Origin: a virus
Strand: one strand, 5' to 3'
Length of the DNA: 64,000 nt
IMG/VR virus record: IMGVR_UViG_3300045922_000503
Location: 1 to 64,000 of that record
Shown here: in pieces, positions 28,411 through 38,000 of the stretch
Position numbering within the stretch: the stretch's first letter is position 1
How the letters are laid out: each line of letters starts with the position of its first letter
The notes under the pieces: model-generated
The model's input: the letters and a program-made list of their open reading frames with translations, nothing else
The model's database searches: none
Told to the model about the DNA's origin: nothing
Translations under genes and position numbers: made by a program

Positions 28411-29208
28411 ATGCAGCCTTCATCTCATCTCTACTGTCTCGCCAAGCTCTCTGCCCAAGGGATGCCACCCAGCTTCCCTAGTCGTATTGAAGCTGCGGAA
28501 AGGGCGGGGGACGCCCACTTGGGGCGACTTCAAGAGCGGCTGGAAAAGGCCAGGGATACCCGGGATAACACGCCAATCGGCCTCATGGATTGGGGAGTAG
28601 GGGCAGTTACCGGGGGAGCGGCAGGGGCCGGGATAGGGGCTTGGGCTCCTATCAACAGATGGGCACCTGTCTCGCTGGCAGGCGCGGCCATTGGATCTGT
28701 AGGGGGAAGTTACCTCCAGTCGAAGGCAATCAAGTCGTTGCGACGTCGTAACGCCGAAAGAGCCGAGATAGACCTCGCCGCGGCAGTACGTGCCAGAGAC
28801 GACATGAGAGCAGGGGTTGTCAGGCCGGACGGGTCCTACGACGAGTCCGCTTTGGATAACTTTCCCATGTCTTCCTACACGTTGGACGAGAGACGCCGGA
28901 AGCTTCAAATAGGCGACGTAAACGCGATAAACTACGGTCATCTTGGGGGATCGGTATTAGGCGCAACAGGCGCGGTAGTCGGGGCAGCTGTGGGCGCGGC
29001 AGCAAAGCCAGCTTCACATTTCCCCCGGGGGAGAGCAGCGCTAGCTTTAGGCAGTGCTGGTGCGCTCTTAGGGGGAGCGGTGGGGGAAGCTGCAATGGTG
29101 GACGCGACCCGTAGAACGAACCTGAGAGAGCGCATCCGCCCTTCGAACCCGTATTATGGGTATGCGGCCGACACGTTTGCTGATGGGACAACCTCTTCCC
29201 CTCAGTAG
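28411..29208 (+). CDS. Leader-bearing glycine-zipper protein (MQPSSHLYCLAKLS)
   Basis: GAGGAG RBS; two Gly-zipper hydrophobic hairpins; paralog of next gene. Confidence 0.8.
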   Translation: MQPSSHLYCLAKLSAQGMPPSFPSRIEAAERAGDAHLGRLQERLEKARDTRDNTPIGLMDWGVGAVTGGAAGAGIGAWAPINRWAPVSLAGAAIGSVGGSYLQSKAIKSLRRRNAERAEIDLAAAVRARDDMRAGVVRPDGSYDESALDNFPMSSYTLDERRRKLQIGDVNAINYGHLGGSVLGATGAVVGAAVGAAAKPASHFPRGRAALALGSAGALLGGAVGEAAMVDATRRTNLRERIRPSNPYYGYAADTFADGTTSSPQ

Positions 29209-29305
29209 ATCGACCTTACCGGCGTCGTAGGCCCACAGGGACGGGTTGGACAAGACACGGCGTCGAGGATAAACAGGAGACGCGCCCGCCATTCACGAGG
29301 ATAGG

Positions 29306-30100
29306 ATGCTCCGGTCAACTCAACTCTACTGCTTCAGCAAGCTCTCCAACTCAGACGAGCCGACTATCCTCCCAAGCCGTATCGCGCTCGCGGAACGGGT
29401 TGGGGGGGCTGGCTTGAGGCACGCTCAAGCGCTGTTGGAGGAAGCCCAGCGTAGCGAAGCCGCGGGGGTACGCGGCTTGGGGCACTGGGCGGCAGGAGCT
29501 CTGGGAGGCGGAGCCATGGGGGCAGGAGTGGGGGCCCTCTTTCGCAGGGCCCCTGCTGCCTCCTTGGCCGGGGCAGCAATCGGAGCCGTAGGGGGCGGGG
29601 TCATGCAATCGCGCGCGTCCAACTCCATGCTCCGACAGAGAGTCGAACGAGCTAATGCCAACGCGGCGGCGGCGGCGCGCGCATTGGATAACATGAGAGC
29701 AGGGGTTGTCAGGCCGGACGGGTCCTACGACGAGTCCGCTTTGGACAGGCTTCCCGTTCTCGCTCTCACTGCCGAAGAAAATGCTCGCTTTGAAGCTTCA
29801 AAACGGGCGCTCATAAGGGACTCCGCAGTCTACGGGGGGGCAGCAGCGAGTCCGGTGCTTGCGACAGTTGGTGCGGCGCTGGGGGCCGGAGGGGCCCCTT
29901 TGCCTGGTTTCACGCGAGGCAGGACAGCTCTGATCGGGGCGGCGCTGGGAGCAGGGGTGGGCGCAGCGATGGGGGCAGAATCAGTGTCTAGGGCAACCAG
30001 AAACATGCTCAACCATTGGGACAGAACTCCCGTCGCATCGTTCGGAGACCTCTCCGATGCCCTCGCCCGCGCCCTCCATGAGCAGGTCATTCCTAAGTAG
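29306..30100 (+). CDS. Leader-bearing glycine-zipper protein (MLRSTQLYCFSKLS)
   Basis: Paralog of 28411..29208 (PSRI.., MRAGVVRPDGSYDESALD). Confidence 0.8.
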   Translation: MLRSTQLYCFSKLSNSDEPTILPSRIALAERVGGAGLRHAQALLEEAQRSEAAGVRGLGHWAAGALGGGAMGAGVGALFRRAPAASLAGAAIGAVGGGVMQSRASNSMLRQRVERANANAAAAARALDNMRAGVVRPDGSYDESALDRLPVLALTAEENARFEASKRALIRDSAVYGGAAASPVLATVGAALGAGGAPLPGFTRGRTALIGAALGAGVGAAMGAESVSRATRNMLNHWDRTPVASFGDLSDALARALHEQVIPK

Positions 30101-30192
30101 TTCGGGCCTGCCCCGGGGCGCGTAGCTTGTCGGAATGGACGGGGCTAGCGCCGTAGGGTAGAACAGAGTCGACCCCCCTGTGAGGAACTACG

Positions 30193-31095
30193 ATGCTCCA
30201 CCGATCTACTCGTGCGTTCGCTCTCCGAAAGCTCTCTGCACATCCAGGCGAGTCGGCACCGGTATCAATGGGGGCCGTCAGATACGCTGCCGCTTTCCCT
30301 GACGAGTTCAACAGCACGAAGCCGGGGTACGAAGCGGTGCAGGAGGCTACAGCAGGAGACCCGCTTCGGTACGCGCTCGCCGCCCAATTGAGGGACGCCA
30401 ACCAGCGCGCCGCCGCGCACCTGCAGAACATGTCTCCCCCCAAGATGCCAAACGGTACGGACCTGGGGCTGGGAGGAGCGAGCGGAGCCATGCTCGGCGC
30501 CGCGCTCGGGTCTCGGTTCCGAGGTACACTGGGCGGGGTAGCTCTAGGCGCTGGCGTGGGGGCTCTTGGCGGAGTCGGGGCGGTGGCTGCAAGCTACGGA
30601 GCGCAGCGTGCTCTGGCTTCGGGATCTACGCGGCGGCTGCAGCAAGGGTTGGATCGAGGAGTACAGAACATCTCTGCCAACCCGACCATCCCTGGGGGGG
30701 TCGACCCCTCCAGGCTGGACAGCACACAGTCCTTGGCAGACGAGGACATTCGGGCCATCAACGCGAGCCACCGCATGGCTACGGGGCTGAGGTCCGCGAC
30801 CGGCGCTGCCACGATGTCCGCGCTGGCATCGGGAGCGATCAACATGGCGCTGGCACCCTCCGGAGAGCGCCTTGCTCGTCTGGGCGCGGCATCCCCCTAC
30901 ATCGCTGGTGCGGCTGCGCTGGGAGGCGCTCTCAGTGGGGTGATGGGGTCACGTGGGCTGTTGGACCGTGATCAGTGGGCAAAGACTTACGGGCAGAGGG
31001 CGGACTTGGCGAAGGGTAGGTTCGACTCGGTAAGGCAGCAGCTTGATGCCGCTCGACAGGCGCAGGCAGTGGACCCCCAGGCTGCATATCTCTGA
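30193..31095 (+). CDS. Leader-bearing glycine-zipper protein (MLHRSTRAFALRKLS)
   Basis: GAGGA RBS; GxxxG repeats. Confidence 0.8.
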   Translation: MLHRSTRAFALRKLSAHPGESAPVSMGAVRYAAAFPDEFNSTKPGYEAVQEATAGDPLRYALAAQLRDANQRAAAHLQNMSPPKMPNGTDLGLGGASGAMLGAALGSRFRGTLGGVALGAGVGALGGVGAVAASYGAQRALASGSTRRLQQGLDRGVQNISANPTIPGGVDPSRLDSTQSLADEDIRAINASHRMATGLRSATGAATMSALASGAINMALAPSGERLARLGAASPYIAGAAALGGALSGVMGSRGLLDRDQWAKTYGQRADLAKGRFDSVRQQLDAARQAQAVDPQAAYL

Positions 31096-31122
31096 CATCA
31101 TAAGGAGCTCTCGCGGTGACGT

Positions 31123-31132
31123 GGCCATAATG
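31123..31132 (+). promoter_or_regulatory. Promoter-motif variant GGCCATAATG plus hairpin GCAGGG-ATAGG-CCCTGC
   Basis: 8/10 match, same hairpin position, precedes two leaderless genes. Confidence 0.65.
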
Positions 31133-31172
31133 CCTGTGCAGGGATAGGCCCTGCCGCAGACAAAGGCCGAAG

Positions 31173-31457
31173 ATGAAAGCCAGAGACATCAAAGCGAAGA
31201 GAACGGGGGAGGTCGTCAAGATCGGGCCGCTCGGGAAAGACGACGGTTCCGTGGTCGCGCACATCAAAACGACCATGTACGTCTACTGTGGGCATGGCAG
31301 TAGCCCATCGGAGGCCCTCACGGACTTGGCGAAAGTCATCGAGGACTCAGGAGGGCGTAGCTGGCAACAGGATGGCGTGCTGGAGATAGCAGCAGACATC
31401 CGGGACCTGGCTCACAATCTGCAGAAGGAGGAAGAGGAGCCATGCCCAGTCCTCTGA
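31173..31457 (+). CDS. Small hypothetical protein
   Basis: ORF after promoter variant. Confidence 0.65.
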   Translation: MKARDIKAKRTGEVVKIGPLGKDDGSVVAHIKTTMYVYCGHGSSPSEALTDLAKVIEDSGGRSWQQDGVLEIAADIRDLAHNLQKEEEEPCPVL

Positions 31458-31550
31458 GGCTGAGGCAGAGGCAGAGGCAGTAGAGTTCATCACGCCGCTC
31501 ACCAGCCTTCTAGGCGAAGGCGGCCCTTACCAAGACGACGAGGATGCACA

Positions 31551-31958
31551 ATGATCAAGGTCAAGGTCTTGTACCCGGACGGATGGAAGAAGACGTACTG
31601 CGAGTACCACGGGGATGACTGGGGCACAAAGAAGAAGGAGATGCAGCGGCGGGCCAACGACATCAAGCTGCTGTTCTCCAAGCTGGACAGGCACAGTGCC
31701 ACCCAGCGCCCACAGGAGATAGATGTGCAGGTCCGTCTCCTAGTCGGCGGGCCTGCAGTAGACGGCGACGTGATTGCTGAGGTTTTCCGCGGCGGCAAGA
31801 CTCGGATCGCCACCCTGACTGTCATGGCTTCCAAGGATAGGAGATCGCCTGACTCGCTTCTGTTCCAGGGACAGGACCAGGTAAATCAGTGGTTCTCCCG
31901 GGACAAGATGACAGACGAGCGTTGGCAGGAGTGGCTCGCCAAGAAGCTATCGTCTTGA
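31551..31958 (+). CDS. Small basic hypothetical protein
   Basis: GAGGA RBS. Confidence 0.7.
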   Translation: MIKVKVLYPDGWKKTYCEYHGDDWGTKKKEMQRRANDIKLLFSKLDRHSATQRPQEIDVQVRLLVGGPAVDGDVIAEVFRGGKTRIATLTVMASKDRRSPDSLLFQGQDQVNQWFSRDKMTDERWQEWLAKKLSS

Positions 31959-32040
31959 CGAGCAGGTCGAGGCAGCATCGCCATTGGCAGGCTGCGGATG
32001 ACCGTGTATCTTAGGCTGCGAACCTCTGCCGGAGACGGTC

Positions 32041-33027
32041 ATGCGCCTAGTCGCCAGATACGCTGTCCAGAAGCTGTCATCCTCGTTCCTCGCAGATATC
32101 GAGGGGGAGAGGTCTGCCATCCTTCGCGAACTCCGCCGGCCTCCAAGCGTAGGGAGATCGGCCTATGACCGCGAGTACGACGACTTCGACTTCCCCAATA
32201 GGGACACAAGGTACGACGTTGAGGACATGATGGTCCGGCGGCATAGCTACAATGACCACATCGACGCGCTGGGCAAAATCATTCGCATGGAGCGGAAGTT
32301 CACCCCAGGGGCGCCCGATGCCTACGCAACCTTGGAGCAGTTGCGCGAGGCGCAAGACTCTCTGCGCGAGGCGGACCAGGATTATCGGGTTGGCTACCAC
32401 CAGACTGGAGACGGAATCCGTCGCGACCTTGACATTGACCCTGAAGAGTTCGGCCGCATTCGCGCGGGCATGGGTCGTCTTGATGACGACGAACAGGCCC
32501 GGCATTGGTCGTCGATCCAGCCAAGCAAGGCGCATAGTCTAGAAATGCGTCACGCGCAGGCGGTGCAAGCAAGAGCCGTGCCCTCTGGGGTAGCGACCGG
32601 AATCCTAGCGGGCATGGTGGCTGCCCCATCTCTTGCCCACCTTGGGTCATTGGTGGGGAATAGCCCTCGCACCCGGGCGATCGGCAAGGGTATCGGCGCA
32701 GGGCTAGGCGCAGGGCTAGGCCTTCTGGCAGGTCACGTAGACTATCGAAGTACTGTGAACAAGGCCGCCCAAATCCGCGAAACGGCAGACAGAGACCGCC
32801 AAGAGCGAGAGACCAGAAACTACCGGCTGGCCTCTATGCTCAGGGACCGCAGTGGCGCAGCGGACCTGGCCGCAGCTCCCGGCAAGATTCTGCGTGTCGA
32901 TCGAGAGCCAGATCACGACATCGACATGATCATGGGGCATCGGATGTTGCCGGGACGTCGGTTCCTCTTCGACAACCAGAACGGCCTACTCTCGACCGTC
33001 GACGCTATTCGCCTACGAGAAGACTGA
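32041..33027 (+). CDS. Leader-bearing glycine-zipper protein (MRLVARYAVQKLS)
   Basis: GGAG RBS; charged domain plus Gly zipper. Confidence 0.8.
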   Translation: MRLVARYAVQKLSSSFLADIEGERSAILRELRRPPSVGRSAYDREYDDFDFPNRDTRYDVEDMMVRRHSYNDHIDALGKIIRMERKFTPGAPDAYATLEQLREAQDSLREADQDYRVGYHQTGDGIRRDLDIDPEEFGRIRAGMGRLDDDEQARHWSSIQPSKAHSLEMRHAQAVQARAVPSGVATGILAGMVAAPSLAHLGSLVGNSPRTRAIGKGIGAGLGAGLGLLAGHVDYRSTVNKAAQIRETADRDRQERETRNYRLASMLRDRSGAADLAAAPGKILRVDREPDHDIDMIMGHRMLPGRRFLFDNQNGLLSTVDAIRLRED

Positions 33028-33042
33028 TCCCAGGGAGATCAC

Positions 33043-34050
33043 ATGGCATTCCATCGAAATGACCAACGTCGGGAGGGGCTCAAGATGTCCCCCTCTGCGT
33101 ATCAAAAGTACATAGGTGCTCAGTCCAACGCAGTCACCGCGGCCTCCCTTACCGGGTCGATCGGAAGTTTCGTGCTGAACCGGCTCGCCGCCGCCGCCAC
33201 CGCGGGCAGGTCTGGGACTCCAGAAATGCCGCGTTACCAGGATATGCACCCTCCCGTGCGTATCCCTATGTCTCGCCCCGGCGACGCGGCCCTCGACTCG
33301 TTCAAGCAGGTGGATGCATTCAACCAAAGACGTCTCAGAGAGTTGACGCTTGATAAATCGATCGCCCTCAGCAACACCCCTGATCCGTTGAGGGTAATGG
33401 CGCAGCGGGCAGGGTTCGGCAGCATGGACCCCGGCGTGCTGCACCTTGAAAAGGTCGACGGGGGCGCATTCGCCAGCAATATTCATAGGCTGAGAGGTCA
33501 GCCGACAGTCGGGGTGATGGGATACCCAAGTGTAGGGACCCTCGCTCACGAGCTTGGGCATGCCACTCAGGTGCACCCAGGGGCTGTCAACGCATTCAGA
33601 AGGAACGTGTTGCTGCCTCTCATGGGCATCAAAAATATCGACCGTTCCGGGTACCTGCAGACTGGGTCATCGATCCTAGCGGCTCTTGCTGGTGCGAGCA
33701 AGAAGGAAGACTCAAAGGATAGAACGACAGCTCTGGCTATCGCAGGGCTTCTTCATGCCCCTGTTCTTGCCACGCAGGCAGAGGAGATCGCCGCAGATGT
33801 ACATGCCACCAGGATAGTGGGAGGTACACTGAAGACACCCTCAGGTCGCGCTGCTTTTGCTCGGTACCTTCGCCACCGGGCCCCAAGCGCGGCTACCTAC
33901 GCTGCTATTACTGCGGCGCCTTTTCTCTCTTACGGGATGGGCCGTCTTCTGTCACCGGACCCTAAGAAGTACCAAGACTTGAAGGACAAGGAAGAGCCTC
34001 TCAACCAGCAAGACGACTCCTGGGACCCGGATCTTCCATGGGTAACCTAG
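33043..34050 (+). CDS. Membrane-associated zincin-like metallopeptidase
   Basis: TLAHELGHA, downstream EEIAAD third-ligand motif, hydrophobic helices; LKMS near N-terminus. Confidence 0.65.
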   Translation: MAFHRNDQRREGLKMSPSAYQKYIGAQSNAVTAASLTGSIGSFVLNRLAAAATAGRSGTPEMPRYQDMHPPVRIPMSRPGDAALDSFKQVDAFNQRRLRELTLDKSIALSNTPDPLRVMAQRAGFGSMDPGVLHLEKVDGGAFASNIHRLRGQPTVGVMGYPSVGTLAHELGHATQVHPGAVNAFRRNVLLPLMGIKNIDRSGYLQTGSSILAALAGASKKEDSKDRTTALAIAGLLHAPVLATQAEEIAADVHATRIVGGTLKTPSGRAAFARYLRHRAPSAATYAAITAAPFLSYGMGRLLSPDPKKYQDLKDKEEPLNQQDDSWDPDLPWVT

Positions 34051-34115
34051 CCAAGACCTCCGCGATGACGCGCGTATGCGCGTCTTCTGACTTCCCATTC
34101 CTACGGAGAGCGAAC

Positions 34116-35015
34116 ATGAACTACGACTACTGCCGCAGTTATCTACTTCAGAAGATCTCAGCTGACGCCGGTACTCGGGCTATCGCCCGTGGAGAGCTGG
34201 GCCCCCTGAGCCAGAGCTACGTGGAGGCGCTACGGGGCAGCCGACTTGACCTTCGGCGTTTGGGTATCCAAGGTAGCCCCCTAGACGTGCAAGCGGCGGG
34301 GGCCGTCGAAAATGCTAGAGCCGTTGACCTCCATCCCAACGTTTGGAAACGCAAGAACCGTCCTGATCCCAGCTCCACTCGGGGGCAGACGGGGTATTCG
34401 CTTTTCGGGACCAAGTATCCGCATGTAGACCCCCTTAGCGTAAGGGGGACGTCAATCGGTCACGGCTCAATACAGGCTCTCCCAGGCGCTATGCCCGTCA
34501 ACGCGGTCTCAACTCCACAGCGAGAGGCTCTTATTGCGGCTAATCGCCAAACGACCAAGGACTTGGTAAACCGAGTGAACGTACTGGAGACGCGGAGATA
34601 TTCCGGATTGGAGAGGGAAAGGGAGGGGTGGATCACCACCCTGGCTGAAGCAAATGCAAAGCGCAGGCTGGATCTTGGGGACAGCTTCAAGCCCCTGGGC
34701 CCTCAGCCCCTGAACGCCAGAGACCTTCCTAACCATAAGCTTCCTCCTTATCTTACAGGGGGTAACATGGCGGATGAGTTCATCCCCCGGAACAGGCCCG
34801 GGGACTGGAGGATATTTGCTCCCTTCCCAGATCTCTCTGCGGGTTCCCCCCCGGCATCGGGGGCCGCAGCAGACGCAGTAGACGCGGTCACTCCTGGTCT
34901 TGACGCCGCTCAGTCGGCAGGACGGCTCAAAAGAATGCAGAGACTCCGTCGCGTTGGCGGAGCTGCGGCCGCAGCCGCCCTCCTAGGGGGAGGACTGTAC
35001 GCGCTGACTAGATGA
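34116..35015 (+). CDS. Leader-bearing protein with C-terminal Gly/Ala hydrophobic tail (MNYDYCRSYLLQKIS)
   Basis: GGAG RBS before ATG 34116; leader motif; tail RRVGGAAAAAALLGGGLYAL. Confidence 0.75.
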   Translation: MNYDYCRSYLLQKISADAGTRAIARGELGPLSQSYVEALRGSRLDLRRLGIQGSPLDVQAAGAVENARAVDLHPNVWKRKNRPDPSSTRGQTGYSLFGTKYPHVDPLSVRGTSIGHGSIQALPGAMPVNAVSTPQREALIAANRQTTKDLVNRVNVLETRRYSGLEREREGWITTLAEANAKRRLDLGDSFKPLGPQPLNARDLPNHKLPPYLTGGNMADEFIPRNRPGDWRIFAPFPDLSAGSPPASGAAADAVDAVTPGLDAAQSAGRLKRMQRLRRVGGAAAAAALLGGGLYALTR

Positions 35016-35081
35016 CCCCTGTAGCGCCTCGTCGCCAGGTGCTGTATGAAGGTTGCCACCCCGTCTCGGACAGGAGAGGAC

Positions 35082-38000
35082 ATGGCACCCCCCTACGACA
35101 TCGACGACTTCGAGAACACCGCTGCTGACCCCAACGCGGGGTGGGAAGGAGGCCCTCCTGTAGGCATGGAGAAGGTCTCCAGGACGGAGCGAGACAACTA
35201 CCCGAGGTCTGCCCCATCCGCGATGCTGTCCGACCGCCCCATGACCCCCCAGGAAGAGGAGCGGCGGCGCATCATGAGGTCCCTTGAGGACCCTCGCGAC
35301 ATGGCGAGAGACGTCGTGAACAAGACCGTCTCCGCGCTGGACCGAACGTTCGCAGACCCCATCTCCGGCGGTCGGTACCGGGTAGAGCGCGTGGGAGATC
35401 TCATCGTAGAGGACATCCCTGACCCTTGGGACCACGCCGCCGTTGCTGACACCATCGCCAGGGACGGGACCTACGGGCCGCTCGTCAAGGGCAGATTCCG
35501 CATCCTCGACACCAAGGAGACGGACGCCGACGGGAACCCCAAGGTGGTCAAGGAGCAGGTCATCAACCTGGCCCGAGTGCCCACGCCAACGGCAGACCGG
35601 GCCTACGTGGTAGGCGGAAAGAAGCGGGCCATGATGAGCCAGTTCCGGCGACTCCCCGGCGTGTTTACCCGGACCAACGCTAAGGGGGAGACGGAGCTCG
35701 AGGCCAACCTGGACCCGTCGACTTCGTCTCAGCTCCCCAGCTTCAAGGTGGTCTTGGACCGAACGACCAATGACACAGCCACCCCGTTCAAGATGCGCAT
35801 CGGGACCATGAAGTCCGGGGACGCGTGGCAGGTGGCCAAGCTCCTGGGAGCTGACGCGAAGGACCTGAAGGAGGCCGTGGGGGAGGAGACGGCGGCCAAG
35901 ATCCTCAAGACGGACTCCAAGGATCGTTACGAGCGCGAGATGCGCAAGCTGTACGGTAAGATCCATGCTGCCGACCGCGGGGGCATGGGCAAGACCAACG
36001 CCAAGCACCTACCTCTGGGGGAGATCGAGGCTGACCTCATGAAACAGTTCACCACGTCCTACATCTCCCCGGAGGTCAGCAAGATGACCTTGGGGAAAGA
36101 GACGGACCGCGTGGACAAAGACGTGCTTCTCACTGGGTTCCGACGTCTCCAGGCTGTGGCGTCCGGTGATGAAGAAGAAGACGACCGTGAGTCGCTCGCG
36201 CTGAAGCAGGTCATGGGGCCAGCCGACCTGATCGCGGAGTCCGTAGGCCGGTCCTCAACGGTGGAGAAGAACCGGCGCGCCATGTCGTCTAAGCTGAGGG
36301 CGCTGACTTTCAACAAGGACGCCAACCCGAACCTGGCGCAAATCGTCGGGCCACGCTTTCGCAAGGCCATCGAGGCAAAGACCTCCACCTCGATGGAGCA
36401 GCGGACTCTGGACTCCACGACCCCTATCGACACCATCGCCCAGGCTACTACGACCACCATCCTGGGAGCAGGCGCCATCGGCAGCGAGCAGGCCATTCCT
36501 GATGAAGCCAAGCTGCTGAACAGTGGCGGCTTCGGTTTCCTGGACCCTCTTCACACGCCGGAGAGCGCGCGGTCGGGCGTGGTGCTTCACAAGCCCATGA
36601 GGACCGGGGTCAAGACAGTCGAGACGGGGAGAGCCTCTCAGCCGACGATCAACGTCTTGACGTCCGAGTTCCTCGACCGGAGCGGGAAGCCACTGGAGCT
36701 CTCCTCTGCGGAGGTGAAGGGCAAGCCCATTGGGCTCTTCGACCAATACGACCGGGGCGAAGACGGGAAAATCAAGCCTAAGAACCTCCCCGGCGGCGTG
36801 GTCAAGGCACTGGTGGACGGTCAGGTCAAGCTGGTTGACCCCAAAGAGATCAGCGTGTGGGCCCAGGACGCTGGGCAGGCGTTTGACATCAACTCCAGCC
36901 TCATCCCTTTCGCCAACTCCATCTCCGGCGGGCGCGTCGGCTACTCCAGCAAGCAGACTCAACAATCACTGCCCCTGAAGTACCGGGAAGCGCCGTTGGT
37001 GCAGGTCCGCGCTCCTGGTTCCGCCAACTCGATGGAGGCCCTGCTGGGAGAAGAGGCAGGCGCGGTCAACTCTCCTGTAGACGGCACCATCGTCGACATA
37101 GTGGACACGCCCAAGAAGAGGACGGTGACCATCAAGCCGAAAGATGGGGGCAAGGACATCACCCTCTCCGTCCCCCACAACATCGCCATGCCTGGTGGCT
37201 CGCTGATGGACAGTGAGATGAAGGTCAAGCAGGGTGACTCCGTCTCAAGGGGGCAGCTCATCGCGGACTCTACCTTTACCAAGGATGGAGTCATGGCTGC
37301 AGGGACGAACCTGCGGGTCGCCTACCTCCCCTACTACACGTCGACCTTCGAGGACGCCATCGTCCTCAGCAAGTCGGCGGCTGACAAACTCACGTCCCTT
37401 CACATGTACGAAGAGAAGGTGAGGGGCAAGGGCGTGGATCTGGGCAAGAGCCTGTACGTAACTCGCACAGGTACTCCGCTGTCCAAGGAGGAGGACGATA
37501 GCATTGGGGACGACGGAATCGTCAAGGTGGGGACGCGCGTCAAGCCAGGGCAGCTGCTGGTCGCCGGCTCTCGCTCTCAAGCCATGACCGGGTCTGACAT
37601 TGAGACCGCGGCTGCACTGCTGGGTCTATACGGGACCAAGAACAAGCGAGGCGTCACCACCCGAGTCGCGGAGTTTGAGCAGCGCTGGGATCACCCCGTC
37701 GAAGGGACAGTGAAGCGGGTGGAGCCCATCGTGAAGGGAGGCAAGACGGTAGGAGCCACGGTCTACGTCGAGGCGGAGGAGCCCTTCGAGGTGGGAGACA
37801 AGATCTTCGGCCGCCACGGGAACAAGGGCATCGTCACAGAGATCATTCCTGACGATAAGATGCCCAGGACGAAGGACGGCAAGGCCATGGACGTGCTGCT
37901 GAACCCGGCCGGTGTCGTGGGGCGAATCAACCCGTCTCAGAACTTCGAGAACTTTCTCGGGAAGGTCGCGGAGAAGAAGGGGTCTCCCGAGGTTGTCGAC

